The notes beneath the pieces were generated by a model. It searched no databases. It was given only the letters and a program-made list of their open reading frames with translations, and was not told where the DNA came from. Positions 28,855 to 40,548 of a DNA stretch of 64,000 nt are shown one piece after another (position 1 is the first letter of the stretch; each line of letters starts with the position of its first letter). The stretch is taken from positions 1 to 64,000 of the forward strand of contig JAUCBJ010001037.1 of the NCBI GenBank assembly GCA_032718475.1, given 5' to 3'. The translations under genes and the position numbers were made by a program. The DNA is from Nemertoderma westbladi (taxonomy: Eukaryota > Animalia > Xenacoelomorpha).

Positions 28855-28872
28855 ATCTCGTCTGGGTCACCA
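28855..28872 (-). promoter_or_regulatory. Primer-binding site, tRNA-Trp-like
   Basis: TGGTGACCCAGACGAGAT 2 nt inside the 5' LTR; resembles the complement of the animal tRNA-Trp 3' end (ATCACGTCGGGGTCACCA) with two mismatches. Confidence 0.75.
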
Positions 28873-28874
28873 TT

Positions 28875-29077
28875 TGTAATCTTCCCCAATCCCGCTGTCG
28901 GCAGTTAATAAGAATATAATATACATAAATGCATTTTAGTCGACTATATTAATATCAACAATTAATCTCTATAATACTGCAGTATGTCATTCCAAATACA
29001 ACACCGTACCGGTACCACTCCTACAGTCCTACACTGTACAATATAAATTCTTACTACAGATAATAATTCTTACTACA
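28875..29077 (-). repeat. 5' LTR of the Gypsy element
   Basis: Matches 24177-24379. Confidence 0.95.
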
Positions 29078-29408
29078 TCCGTACTCACTAATAATCCTAC
29101 TAGATCCGTACTCACTAATAGTCCTACTAGATCCGTACCCACTAATAATCCTACTAGATCCGTACTCACTAATAATCCTACTAGATCCGTACTCACTAAT
29201 AATCCTACTAGATCCGTACCCACTAATAATCCTACTAGATCCGTACTCACTAATAGTCCTACTAGATCCGTACTCACTAATAATCCTACTAGATCCGTAC
29301 TCACTAATAGTCCTAATAATCCTACTATATCCGTACTCACTAATAATCCTACTAGATCCGTACTCACTAATAATCCTACTAGATCCGTACTCACTAATAA
29401 TCCTACTA

Positions 29409-31600
29409 CTATGCTACTACTACTACTACTATGATCGGCATGCTGCATTGCAGCTGCAATTTTAAGAATGCTGTGCCGGCTTGTCAACAAAATTGCACCG
29501 CCACAACTCCCTATCACCCATGACATTTGCTAGATCATCCGCATCTTTAAGGCCAGTGTCCTTTAAGATGCGTCTCAAGAAAGTCATGGGCTGTCCACCA
29601 TGCTTATTCACTCCATGAGGCTGCCAAAGTACAAGATTATGCACTGGCTGGTCCTCACGGCGAAAGCAATGTCCTGCAAAGCGGAGGCGATTTTGTTCTA
29701 GTGTCAAGCTTGGGGGAACCAATGAAACACCTCCAATGTTATATAGTGTCTGGTTGGAGATGTGTGCATTGTACTTGACACAATGAACCCGGCGTAGCAT
29801 TCTTGTGAATGTGCCATCCAGAGATTTGGTGTCCTCAGCAGTTAGAGCCCAGCATGGACTCCCGTAGAGGAGTACTGGAACTACTGCTGCTCTAAATAAT
29901 CGGACCTTAAGTTTCCGATTAATTCTCGGTGACTTCCAAATCCTGGAAAGCCTATTCAAGGCTGCCCATGCCTTTCCCTTACGTATTCGAAGGTCCTCAC
30001 CTGACTTCCGGATCCATGATCCCAGGTAACAGAAGTCGTCCACATGCTCAAGCATACCATCCTTTGAGCTTATGCTCTTCCGATCAGAGACTTGCTGAGG
30101 ACTTTCAAAGTTAACTGTTAGAATTTTGGTCTTTCTGGAGTTAATAAAAAGACCAACACTAGAAGCAGCATGTTCTAATGAGCTGAGGAGCCGTTGGGCT
30201 CCCTCTAATGATTCTGATAGTACTCCTAAGTCATCAGCAAAGTCTAGATCAGTTAGGTACTTGGCAGGATTTCCTCGACTTCTGGAGCCAGTAGGTGGAG
30301 TTATCATCACCCCATCATCATTATAATGATCTAAGGACATGCGTAGAACATAGTCAACCACAATAATGAACAAGAATGGTGCAAGTGTGTCTCCTTGGAG
30401 GACGCCCCATAACACTTCAAATGGTTCTGTGTCACCATCAACAGTAGACACAAATGTTGTCGAACCATCGTATACTGATCTGATTGCTGCAATAATTTCA
30501 TCAGGAATCCCATATAATGAAAGTATGCTGAACATACGTGAGCGAGAGACTGAATCAAAGGCCTTGAAGAAGTCAACAAAGATAACAGCCAGATGCCTGT
30601 CTTTCTTTTTTGATAACTCTTCAATTATCCTTCTAAGTGCCAAAATGGGCTCCATGGTCCCACGACCTTTACGGAACCCATTCTGATTTCCACGGAGCAG
30701 TCTCTCAATGGGATCCCTGATGCGATTTAATACAATCCTATTGTATAGCTTTGCAGCAATCGAGATCAATGAGATTCCCCGAAAAGAACCATAGAGTGTT
30801 AGGTTGCCCTTCTTGGGAACTGGCACCAACTTATTTGTTTTCATTTCTTGTGGGACTCTTGTAGTTCGGTACATGTCTACTATGATGGGATAGATGAGCT
30901 TTAAACACTCAGGTATTTTAAAGACCTCAGGGGGAACACCATCTACTCCACTGGCACGATTGGTCTTAATGCTCTTTGCAGCAGCCTTCACTTCTGCAAA
31001 GGAGATATCGCCAATGGGAATATCTCGGAGTACAGACTCAGACACTTTTACTTCTATAAAGTTATCAGGCAATACCCTGTCATTATTGAGGAGCTTTTCA
31101 AAGTGGGCTTTCCAACCATTGAGGCGATCGGCTGGTGATTCAGCCTTAACCTTGGTGGTTGGTTGGCTTTTCCGCCCAGTAAGCAGATTGATCGATTTCC
31201 ATGCCTGGGATGATTGCCTGCTGTCGTCAGCATCATTGATGGCATCAACCTGTTGGTTTATTAGCTCCTGTAGATTAGCAGAGTACTGCCTGTTCAGGGA
31301 CCTAGATGCAGCCTTAACTGCATTCTTGGCCGCTGTAGTCTGTTTGAGTCGGGACTCTTTCTGCGCCTTATGAAGATCATTTCGGCACTTCTGAATTTTG
31401 TTGTCAGTCCAGGGGGCCCTTTTCCTGTTTCGAGGGTATACAGGAACTGTTTCTGCAGCTGCTAACTTAACTGCTTCTGTAAAGGCAGTATAGCCCTCAC
31501 AGTGATCTGCCGCCTCAGAGGCAAGAGCCTCATACCTGTTGCACAGCTGTAGTGTGAAGCTGGATCTCACACTTGGCTGTTGCAACAGAGAGGACCAGTC
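29409..31600 (-). mobile_element. Second, 5'-truncated RTE copy with uninterrupted RT ORF, inserted in the 27-bp array; about 15-bp TSD
   Basis: Near-identical to 2195-4367; CTAATAATCCTACTA at 29394-29408 and 31600-31614; (TAG)n tail at about 29409-29431. Confidence 0.95.
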
Positions 31601-33347
31601 TAATAATCCTACTAGATCCGTACTCACTAATAATCCTACTAGACTCACTAATAATCCTACTAGATCCGTACTCACTAATAGTCCTACTAGATCCGTACTC
31701 ACAAATAATCCTACTAGATCCGTACTCACTAATAATCCTACTAGATCCGTACTCACTAATAATCCTACTAGATCCGTACTCACTAATAATCCTACTAGAC
31801 TCACTAATAATCCTACTAGATCCGTACTCACTAATAATCCTACTAGATCCGTACTGACTAATAATCCTACTAGATCCGTACTCACTAATAGTCCTACTAG
31901 ATCCGTACTCACTAATAGTCCTACTAGATCCGTACTCACCAATAATCCTACTAGATCCGTACTCACTAATAGTCCTACTAGATCCGTACTCACTAATAGT
32001 GCTACTAGATCCGTACTCACTAATAGTCCTACTAGATCCGTACTCACTAATAATCCTACTAGATCCGTACTCACTAATAATCCTACTAGATCCGTACTCA
32101 CTAATAATCTTACTAGATCCGTACTCACTAATAATCCTACTAGATCCGTATTCACTAATAATCCTACTAGATCCGTACTCACTAATAATCCTACTAGACT
32201 CACTAATAATCCTACTAGATCCGTACCCACTAATAATCCTACTAGATCCGTACTCACTAATAGTCCTACTAGATCCGTACTCACTAATAATCCTACTAGA
32301 TCCGTAATCACTAATAGTCCTACTAGATCCGTACTCACTAATAATCCTACTAGATCCGTACTCACTAATAGTCCTACTAGATCCGTACTCACTAATAGTC
32401 CTACTAGATCCGTACTCACCAATAATCCTACTAGATCCGTACTCACTAATAGTCCTACTAGATCCGTACTCACTAATAGTCCTACTAGATCCGCACTCAC
32501 TAATAATCCTACTAGATCCGTACTCATTAATAATCCTACTAGATCCGTACTCACTAATAATCCTACTAGATCCGTACTCACTAATAATCCTACTAGATCC
32601 GTACTCACTAATAATCCTACTAGACTCACTAATAATCCTACTAGATCCGTACTCACTAATAATCCTACTAGACTCACTAATAATCCTACTAGATCCGTAC
32701 TCACTAATAATCCTACTAGATCCGTACTCACTAATAATCCTACTAGATCCGTACTCACTAATAGTCCAACTAGATCCGTACTCACTAATAGTCCTACTAG
32801 ATCCGTACTCACCAATAATCCTACTAGATCCGTACTCACTAATAATCCTACTAGATCCGTACTCACTAATAGTCCTACTAGATCCGTACTCACTAATAAT
32901 CCTACTAGATCCGTACTCACTAATAATCCTACTAGATCCGTACTCACTAATAATCCTACTAGATCCGTACTCACTAATAGTCCTACTAGATCCGTACTCA
33001 CTAATAATCCTACTAGATCCGTACTCACTAATAATCCTACTAGATCCGTACTCACTAATAATCCTACTAGATCCGTACTCACCAATAGTCCTACTAGATC
33101 CGTACTCACTAATAATCCTACTAGATCCGTACTCACTAATAATCCTACTAGATCCGTACTCACTAATAATCCTACTAGATCCGTACTCACTAATAATTCT
33201 ACTAGATCCGTACTCACCAATAGTCCTACTAGATCCGTACTCATTAATAATCCTACTAGATCCGTACTCACTAATAATCCTACTAGATCCGTACTCACTA
33301 ATAATCCTACTAGATCCGTAGTCTTGCTATATCATATCCGTACTCAC

Positions 33348-33408
33348 TCACGGATCTTACAAAATACTTTCATGGATTGGATACACATGTTACAAGATAA
33401 GTACTTAT
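33348..33408 (-). CDS. Candidate internal exon (KYLSCNMCIQSMKVFCKIR) whose donor seeds the 27-bp array
   Basis: Acceptor tacttttaccgtcAG at 33409-33410; only one open frame; overlapping donors GTGAGTGAGT at 33351 and 33347, the second followed by ACGGAT as in the repeat unit. Confidence 0.5.
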
Positions 33409-33787
33409 CTGACGGTAAAAGTACTACTTAGTACATCAGCCTCGGTGGATAATAGGCAATAATAGGGATCGAGCATCGATGGAGGGGGGGGGGGGGGGGG
33501 GGGGGGGGATTCTGGTTATAGTTCGATTCTAAACATATGCATTAGCTCAGAATCCTATTAGCCATTTATTACCCTTTGTATACTCTCCGCAGGAATTCGA
33601 AACGGATTAAATTAGCAAAGAGATGATGAGATATTCATAGGAACGCTATTGGGGGTATTCTGGCAATCGGATAGATTAGATTGGGATCCAGTGGTGTGCA
33701 AACTCTCGAGGCCCGATACTTACACCCCCCCAAACCGCCCACATCCAACCAACCCAGCACTGCGGCGGCTGGCACACCCGCCGTGTA

Positions 33788-34696
33788 ATGGCGTCCCCTT
33801 ATACTATAAATACCGGGGATGAGACTGGCATTTCGTCAAACCGGATCGCTTCCCCAATAAACATGAATTACAATTCCGGTAAACTTTTTGTTACTACGAT
33901 GCATCGACGCGCTCTTTGGTTAGCTGTCTGCGTCGCTATACTATTAAGCTTTCTACTTAGCGTTACCTTTACCTGTATTTATTTCGCCACTCAACTCAAC
34001 TGGAGGGATTTTAACTCTAACTTAGCCGCGGTTAATAGTAACTATATGTGCTCGTCTGTCGTATGCGGTCTGGATGTCACGGCCAAAGAGCTCGCCGTGT
34101 GCTGCCCTGACGCGAAACGCGCTACACTTCGGGAATTATTGCTACCTGAAATCGGGAAATTAATAGCCGTCGCTGATGACTCATCAACAGTAGCCAATCG
34201 GCGTCTAGAACGTAAAGAGACCGCAGGTATTAAACCGTTGGCGCATCTTATCGGAATAGTCCCGTTACACAATAAACGTAATGTAGAACAGATGGTGATG
34301 ATTAACCCTTGGGAAACATCTAACGGTCTGGCCACGCTCGACGGATTCATTTACCACAGCGGTCGTCTCATAGTAACAGTCCCTGGTTACTATAGGATAT
34401 ACAGTCAGGTGACTGTCATCGACGATTCCCATGGCAACAGGACTGGCGTGTTCCGTCACGTGACTGTAAAAGTAAGCGGTTCGGGTTCCGAAACCGATCT
34501 GCTTAAAAACGAAGAAACTCTGAAACGCGTTCATCACGAAACCCCCGTGGTACATACGAGTTTCCATAGCGGGATTTTTAAATTATTCCATTCCGACAGT
34601 TTCGCTGTTAAAGTATCAACCAACTATGTGCGACATTTGTCTTTAGAACAATCGCAGTGCTACTTCGGTGCCGTTTTTGAGAGAGAATTATCATAA
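33788..34696 (+). CDS. TNF-superfamily ligand (type II membrane protein, TRAIL/FasL-like), single exon
   Basis: Signal anchor LWLAVCVAILLSFLLSVTFTCIYFA; TNF homology domain AHLIG...PWE...GRLIVTVPGYYRIYSQV...TSFHSGIFKL...CYFGAV. Confidence 0.92.
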   Translation: MASPYTINTGDETGISSNRIASPINMNYNSGKLFVTTMHRRALWLAVCVAILLSFLLSVTFTCIYFATQLNWRDFNSNLAAVNSNYMCSSVVCGLDVTAKELAVCCPDAKRATLRELLLPEIGKLIAVADDSSTVANRRLERKETAGIKPLAHLIGIVPLHNKRNVEQMVMINPWETSNGLATLDGFIYHSGRLIVTVPGYYRIYSQVTVIDDSHGNRTGVFRHVTVKVSGSGSETDLLKNEETLKRVHHETPVVHTSFHSGIFKLFHSDSFAVKVSTNYVRHLSLEQSQCYFGAVFERELS

Positions 34697-36899
34697 TTAA
34701 TTATCTCATGATTTAAATCTTTCGCTGTTATTATTTTTAATTATTTCCTGTTGGCTACTAACTAACTATATACCTTCGGGTAGGGCAATATGTTTGCTTG
34801 TATAGGGTAATTAATTTTATTGGTGTAATTGTAAGTAATTTATTCTACGTTATTTCTTTTAAATAGCTATTACATTTATCAATTAAATTATGGAATTATG
34901 AGATCAATTTATTGTGACTTAATTTAATGTTAAAGTTTAAATGAATTGCCGAACAAATCTGAAGTCTAAAATATACAAAATCCCGTTTTCTTGCTCTTCC
35001 TTTATTGTTTTGGTTTGAAAAACTCAGCAATTTAAACATTTTCTTTCCGTATTTATATTGTATTCGTTATTTTTTATAATGAATTAATTAATTAATTAAT
35101 ATATATAGTAGGTTGGCTAATATTTTCTTGCTTGCGAACAATGGTTTATTGAATCTTCGGCAGTGAGTCCCGGTAGATTAATAGTAAGGGAAGGGTTGTA
35201 GTTGTAGTTAATTGCTGAGTCAATTAATTAATTAATTAATTAACTAAATGTGAGCACATCCTTAATTATTAGTTGGGTACAAATGGTGGGTAAATCAGTC
35301 GTGGGATCGCTATATTTATTGAATAAATATTTTCAAATTATTTCATATTAAAATTTTGTCAATCCATTGTATTTTTTTCTTTAAGTAGCGTTATTTGCAT
35401 CCTGTTAAATTCTTACAACTATATTAGTTATAAATATGTTTCATTATTTTTTTTCGTTAATTTCAATATGAAAAATAGTACTATAGTGCAGATGTCCTGT
35501 TAGACATATTGTCTATATAAACTATTTTAATTCTGTTGTGAAATAAAGTCTGTAAAGTACATCTATAATATAATTTTAATTAAAAAAAATTAAATTAAAT
35601 TTAATCTTTCCCAGGTTAGGTTGTATTTAATCAATTATAGATTTGTAAAATAAATTACATCTGCCAGATTAACATTTTCAAGGAAACTAAAGTTAATTCT
35701 AAAATAAATTCGTAGTAGTTTTAATACTATCGTTTTTAGTTAAAGTATTTTTGTTTCATTGTTCATGTGATTTAATATCTGCAGAACAAGTGCCACTAGT
35801 TTGTACTTTACAGTGATGTCGTTACATAATGTACAGCTCACCCTACTTTACACTACACAGGTAAATTTATCGATTGATCTATTTATTGTGCAATTTTTTA
35901 CTAAACTGAATAAAACAAATATCTTCTAATAATATTTTATCTTTTGATTTCTCATCTTCTTTGCGACAAAAATTTTCTTGCGGATTAATTAACAGGTTTT
36001 ATTGACTCGAATGGGTCTACTAAAATTACCAGGTCCCACGGGGGCATTGTTCGGAAATAATGGGAGGTCGGGAAGCTATTATCCAGATATTTTTTATCAA
36101 AAGTAATGGTTTCTGGTAAATTCCTGTTGTTAGAGTGATTCACCATTACGTAATTGTTGCAACCTATAAGGCACTAAATGTCTCAGTGGAAAGATATCGT
36201 AAAACGACATTATATAGGACTTCATTACGATATATGAGATCGCCCTGAGCCCCTTCAACTTTGTAAATACAGTAACTCCAACCTTGGCATAGCGGTATCA
36301 TTAATATCCTTGAATTCACATCTCTCCGGAGGTCGTGTATTTAATCACCGCTAGGGCAGTTTTTGTTTCAGCTTGAATGATTTAAGGGACTAGGCAGGAC
36401 TCATCTCCGCCCGGCAAAATTTTAGCTAGAGTACCAGTTTCCTTTGGGGAAGTATAGTTCTGAGAGGGGGGGGGGGGGGGGGGGGGGGCAATGGAAATAA
36501 GTCATCAGGGGGGAGTGTGGGAGTGGGAAATCCCTCCCCCAATGTTGTATTTGGTGGGTCTAAACAACCCATCCAGTGGTGTTAGTTAATTCAGTTCGCA
36601 AGAACCGTTTATATTTAAACGTTTCTTTGAGATTTTACTGTAAAAACATCGAAATAAAAATGGTAATACCTCACAACTTCCCTGCCACGCACTTAGTATT
36701 TTATTTTCGATATATACTCACTCGTTAACTATCACAGGAAATACGGCCTTTCTCTCCATTTGTATGCTAACGACACACGGTTGTACATAATCATCTAAGA
36801 ATTTCAATGAAGGACCATTTTGTTTAAAAGAATACAGATAAAACCGAGAAAATCGTGACCAAGTTGCCCCCATCAAAGTATTGGGAATGATTTTATATC

Positions 36900-37660
36900 T
36901 AACAGTTATCATGCACGCAATATAGGTTTCATCATGGACTCGCAACTTACCTTTAAAAAAGATGTCCAATGTTGTACGAGACTCGTTCTACCATCTTCGC
37001 AACCTCTCAAATACAGGCATCATAACCTCTTAATACATGCCTTTATTGCAAATAAATTTGATAAATTGAATTATCGTTATTGTGGATTGCCTTTGCCTGC
37101 CAATTATATGAAAAAGTTGCAATATGTACAAAACCCTGCGGCGCGACTATTAGAAAGTGTCAAGAAGCGAGAACACAACTCCCGTTCTAAAACGACTTCA
37201 TTGGCTCCCTATTAATAGATAGACAGACAGGGGGAATTCAAACTGGCAATGTTGTGCTATAAGAGTCTGAATGGCTTAGCACCGCACTATCTCAGCGACT
37301 TATTGACGCCATACACACCCTGTAGAGAATTACGCTCGAGCGCGGGTATTCTTTTGGTAATCCCTTGGTACTCGCTAGAGAACTTTGGTAAGCGCGCCTT
37401 CTACATTGCCGGGCCACGTGTTTGGAACTCACTACCTCATGAGGTGCGATCAGCCACTACATTGACAATTTTTAAATCGAAGCTGAAAGCTGTTTTATTT
37501 CAACGCGATGCGCCTTTTTAACTCATTTCACTCACATATGTTTTTATGTCAATATGTTTTTACTGTTTTTTTTTTACCTTATTGTTAATTTTTATTCAAA
37601 AGCGCCTTGAAATATGCCTAGATAGGTGCTATATAAATAAATGTATTGTTATTATTATTA
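36900..37660 (+). mobile_element. Degenerate 3' fragment of an L2/CR1-group LINE
   Basis: LQYVQNPAARLL, LHWLP (frameshifted), YKSLNGLAPHYLSDLL, RAFYIAGPRVWNSLP, FKSKLK; AATAAA and (TTA)n tail near 37640-37660. Confidence 0.85.
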
Positions 37661-37879
37661 GTAAAAGCCAGCTCTAAAGTACCTAGAAACAGTTTACAGT
37701 TAAAATATTGTGGAGCCCTTTCCAGTTTCCATGCCGTGGATTAACGTACTAAAGTTATTTTTTGATTACAGCTGTGCGTGGTTGTATAATTAAAAATTTA
37801 CGACGCGATTAACTAAAAAAAAGACTGACTAACGTATGCTGCTCACAATAAGGAACTATACTATAGACTGGCACCATTA

Positions 37880-38665
37880 CTTTTCACGCTGTACGCAAAC
37901 AACATACCGGACCCGGACACAGTACAATCTTCCACCATTATTCAATGTGCTGGTGATACAGGATTTACACCACACACAATCGCAAACCCGCACCTTGCCT
38001 CGAAACTATTGCAAATCGAAATTATAAAATTAAACAAAACTTTTGAAGAACATCACTTAAAACTAAATCCATCAAAGTCAGAATTCCTCTCGTACTACTA
38101 TCGTATAGCCAAAACACCATACCTGTAAATCGTCAGACTTTATCATACCGTTAGATTCTATAAATTTAGACGTAAAGGAACAAGTACCCCAATCAAATAC
38201 AGTAAAATATATTTGTCAGTAATAGATAAATAATGATAGTACATCTTGTTTACGCTTTCACTGACATTAGCTACCCAATCATAATTATTGTATTAAATTA
38301 TTATTACTACACGATAAACACGGATACAAGGACATGGGCCTACAGTATTATACAAATTTGAAAAAGTACAAAATTATGCATTGATAAATAATTTTGGGAA
38401 ACGAATGAGATTTTACCCGAATAAGAAAGTTAAAATACCAACACTAAAGGCTGTGAGATAATATTTGGGTTTAATGAACTTCTACATATATTTGTACAAG
38501 CTATGTAAGTCATTTAAAGTTTTAGATCAACCTCTTCTACCAAAATCTAAAATTTCCATAAACCCTCGTAATAAAAACATACTTATACCCAAAACTAAGA
38601 ACAAATACGGGAAAGCACTACTAATTAATATGAACTATCAAGATACAAACTGCCTACCTAGCTGA
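37880..38665 (+). mobile_element. Highly decayed LINE RT C-terminal remnant
   Basis: LKLNPSKSEFL near 38057-38090 and VPQSNTVKY near 38183-38210; many stops. Confidence 0.4.
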
Positions 38666-38851
38666 TTTCCATCCATGGCCTTATGGCAGTATGGGGGATA
38701 ATCGAGCGTTGCTGGAACCCTGTGACACTGTCAATTATAAGTACTTTGTGTATTAACTGCCTCATGAAATCTTTATGGATGAGTTTTTAGCAAATATAAG
38801 CGTAAAAAATAATATAGCGATTTAAGTGCGTACATCGCACCCTGGACAGCT

Positions 38852-38867
38852 TGGCGGGGAATTTGAA
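38852..38867 (+). promoter_or_regulatory. CDE/CHR-like cell-cycle promoter element upstream of POP1
   Basis: TGGCGG + 4-nt spacer GGAA + TTTGAA, the canonical CDE/CHR spacing; candidate 5' UTR donor CAG|GTAAGA at 39177. Confidence 0.5.
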
Positions 38868-39871
38868 TTATTATATCTGGCTATTCATTGACTGTCTGAC
38901 TGTCAAAATACTGATTTAAGGAAGCAGGAAGGAACAGCAGCCTGACTCGCTACCGGTAATTGCGAAATTCCGAGAGTAACTATACCGGTAAACCTCTAAG
39001 GCTGGAATGTGAGATAGGTGTTAGGCAGTTAGGATCTTTCCTGACATCATAGGTTTCCATTTACAAGGTCAGAAGGTACCGGTAGTGCCAGACCCGATAC
39101 AGTTTACATCAGTCTGGCGGTAGGCCTACAAGTAGGATGGTCCTGGTAGGCTAGGCGGTGGGAAGCAGGCAGGCAGGTAAGACACAAAGACCAGAAGACG
39201 AAGACAGTAACCTAATGCCTCAACAAATCATTAAGGTGATTAACTGACTAGTACCGGCAGACCGGTACTCCGGCTGTCCGGTAGGCCTCATGTCTTTATT
39301 AGGCCTACTGTATTATAATAAAAAGCTTGTTCTGTTTCCTTATTTCAGCGTTGTGGTTGTACCGGTACCTTGTACATTACCGTACCAGTACAGTTGTTGT
39401 AGTTTGTAGCGTTTAATATTGCTGTATTGTCTGATTGTGCTTTGTGCCCTATTAAAATACTGAAATACAGAAATACAACTGTCAGACTGTCAATATTCTA
39501 GGCAATATTGTAGGCCTAGCCTGTAGGCCCTATGCCAATTGTCAATTATTTAATATAGGCTCAGGATGATGCTGAGAGGCCTCTCTATCAAAGCAACTAG
39601 TGCTAGTGTGTAGTAGGTCTACAGCTGTACAGGCAGACAGGACAGCACAGGCAGGCTACAGCATTGACTTAGTTGTCACTTGTCAGTAGGCCGCCTAAAG
39701 CTATATAATTGTTGCAGAGCTACACTTACTGACTTACCTACCTGACCGCTAGTGCGCTAGTCGCTATATTATTTTTCAGTATTTATGTACCGGTAACTGT
39801 AAACAGGTAAATGATAGCTTATCAATTAATAGTTATCGGAAGTGTTAGCCGACAGTCAGATTTCTAATTCA

Positions 39872-39910
39872 ATGGATCTCGGGGAGGCTGTTTCTCGTCA
39901 CGATATTCAG
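39872..39910 (+). CDS. POP1: POP1 candidate first coding exon (MDLGEAVSRHDIQ)
   Basis: ATG to CAG|GTTATT, phase 0, compatible with later exons; no homology support. Confidence 0.4.
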
Positions 39911-39983
39911 GTTATTTATTACTATATTACTGGTAGTTCATTCACTTTCACGTTCGCCCTCTAGACCTAGACGACAGCCTTAG

Positions 39984-40031
39984 TTCCCATCACACTACCA
40001 GACTGATAACGAACTTAGCGGAGCGGAGCTG
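39984..40031 (+). CDS. POP1: POP1 candidate exon (FPSHYQTDNELSGAEL)
   Basis: ccttAG acceptor, CTG|GTATGT donor, phase 0-0; upstream AGs at 39964 and 39970 would give stops. Confidence 0.4.
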
Positions 40032-40127
40032 GTATGTATCGTATGTGTGTGTAACTGTTAAATAATCCCATAGTACAATAGGCCTACATTTAATGCTGTG
40101 CTGTAGTTAGCTTAATATTAATTATAG

Positions 40128-40247
40128 ATCAAATCGGGCGCATTTCTCAAAGAATGGTGCAGCGCCAAGGTTGAAGACAAACCCAACATACAGACAACGT
40201 TGCAAATACGACACTTTCTCAAAAAGCAGCAGCCAACCAACAATAAG
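40128..40247 (+). CDS. POP1: POP1 candidate exon (IKSGAFLKEW...QQPTNNK)
   Basis: attatAG acceptor, AAG|GTAATT donor, 120 nt open, phase 0-0. Confidence 0.55.
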
Positions 40248-40464
40248 GTAATTATTATTGCTAATGTAGTGACTGTGTGAGTGTGTATCTTCTATGTTAC
40301 CAGTCTGCTAGTAGCACTGGATGAAATTCGGAGGAATGGTAATATCAAATGGTTGAGAGTGAGAATGCATTACTGCTGGGGATATAAAGCATTGTGTGTT
40401 AGGTGAATGAAGGAGTGCAAGTGGTGGGTAAGCTGGACACTATGGGAGGTACTGTCGCAGTCAT

Positions 40465-40548
40465 TGTACTGTCCATGTGGTTACAGACTCCTGAACCGCA
40501 TACACAATTATTAGTGTTTCGCTGCACAGGTTCGAATCCGGCTAAAAG
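40465..40548 (+). mobile_element. Degenerate tRNA-derived SINE head or tRNA pseudogene in a POP1 intron
   Basis: B-box GGTTCGAATCC at 40529-40539 and weak A-box TGTCCATGTGGTTA near 40470; no intact cloverleaf. Confidence 0.4.

Larger units (their letters stand above)
24177..29077 (-). mobile_element. Full-length Ty3/Gypsy LTR retrotransposon, 5-bp TSD TCCGT
   Basis: LTRs 24177-24379 and 28875-29077 (203 bp, TG...CA, identical by eye); TCCGT at 24172-24176 and 29078-29082; PBS and PPT present; domain order PR-RT-RH-IN. Confidence 0.97.
8845..33320 (-). repeat. 27-bp minisatellite (plus strand CTAGATCCGTACTCACTAATAATCCTA; 21-bp deletion variant), roughly 650 units, interrupted by Gypsy (24177-29077) and RTE (29409-31600)
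   Basis: Direct reading; minus-strand unit TAGGATTATTA-GTGAGT-ACGGATCTAG; copy number estimated from about 17.4 kb / 27. Confidence 0.98.

Noticed and set aside
33348-33408. Minus-strand gene as RIDA/HRSP12, the head-to-head neighbour of POP1 in human
   Set aside because: Candidate peptide shows no RidA motifs such as GPYSQA or SGQ
35780-35870. Possible small exons near 35.8 kb on either strand
   Set aside because: Splice-like motifs only; no frame or homology support to link them to a gene
40465-40548. Functional tRNA gene
   Set aside because: B-box present but acceptor and anticodon stems do not pair; kept only as a SINE-like relic
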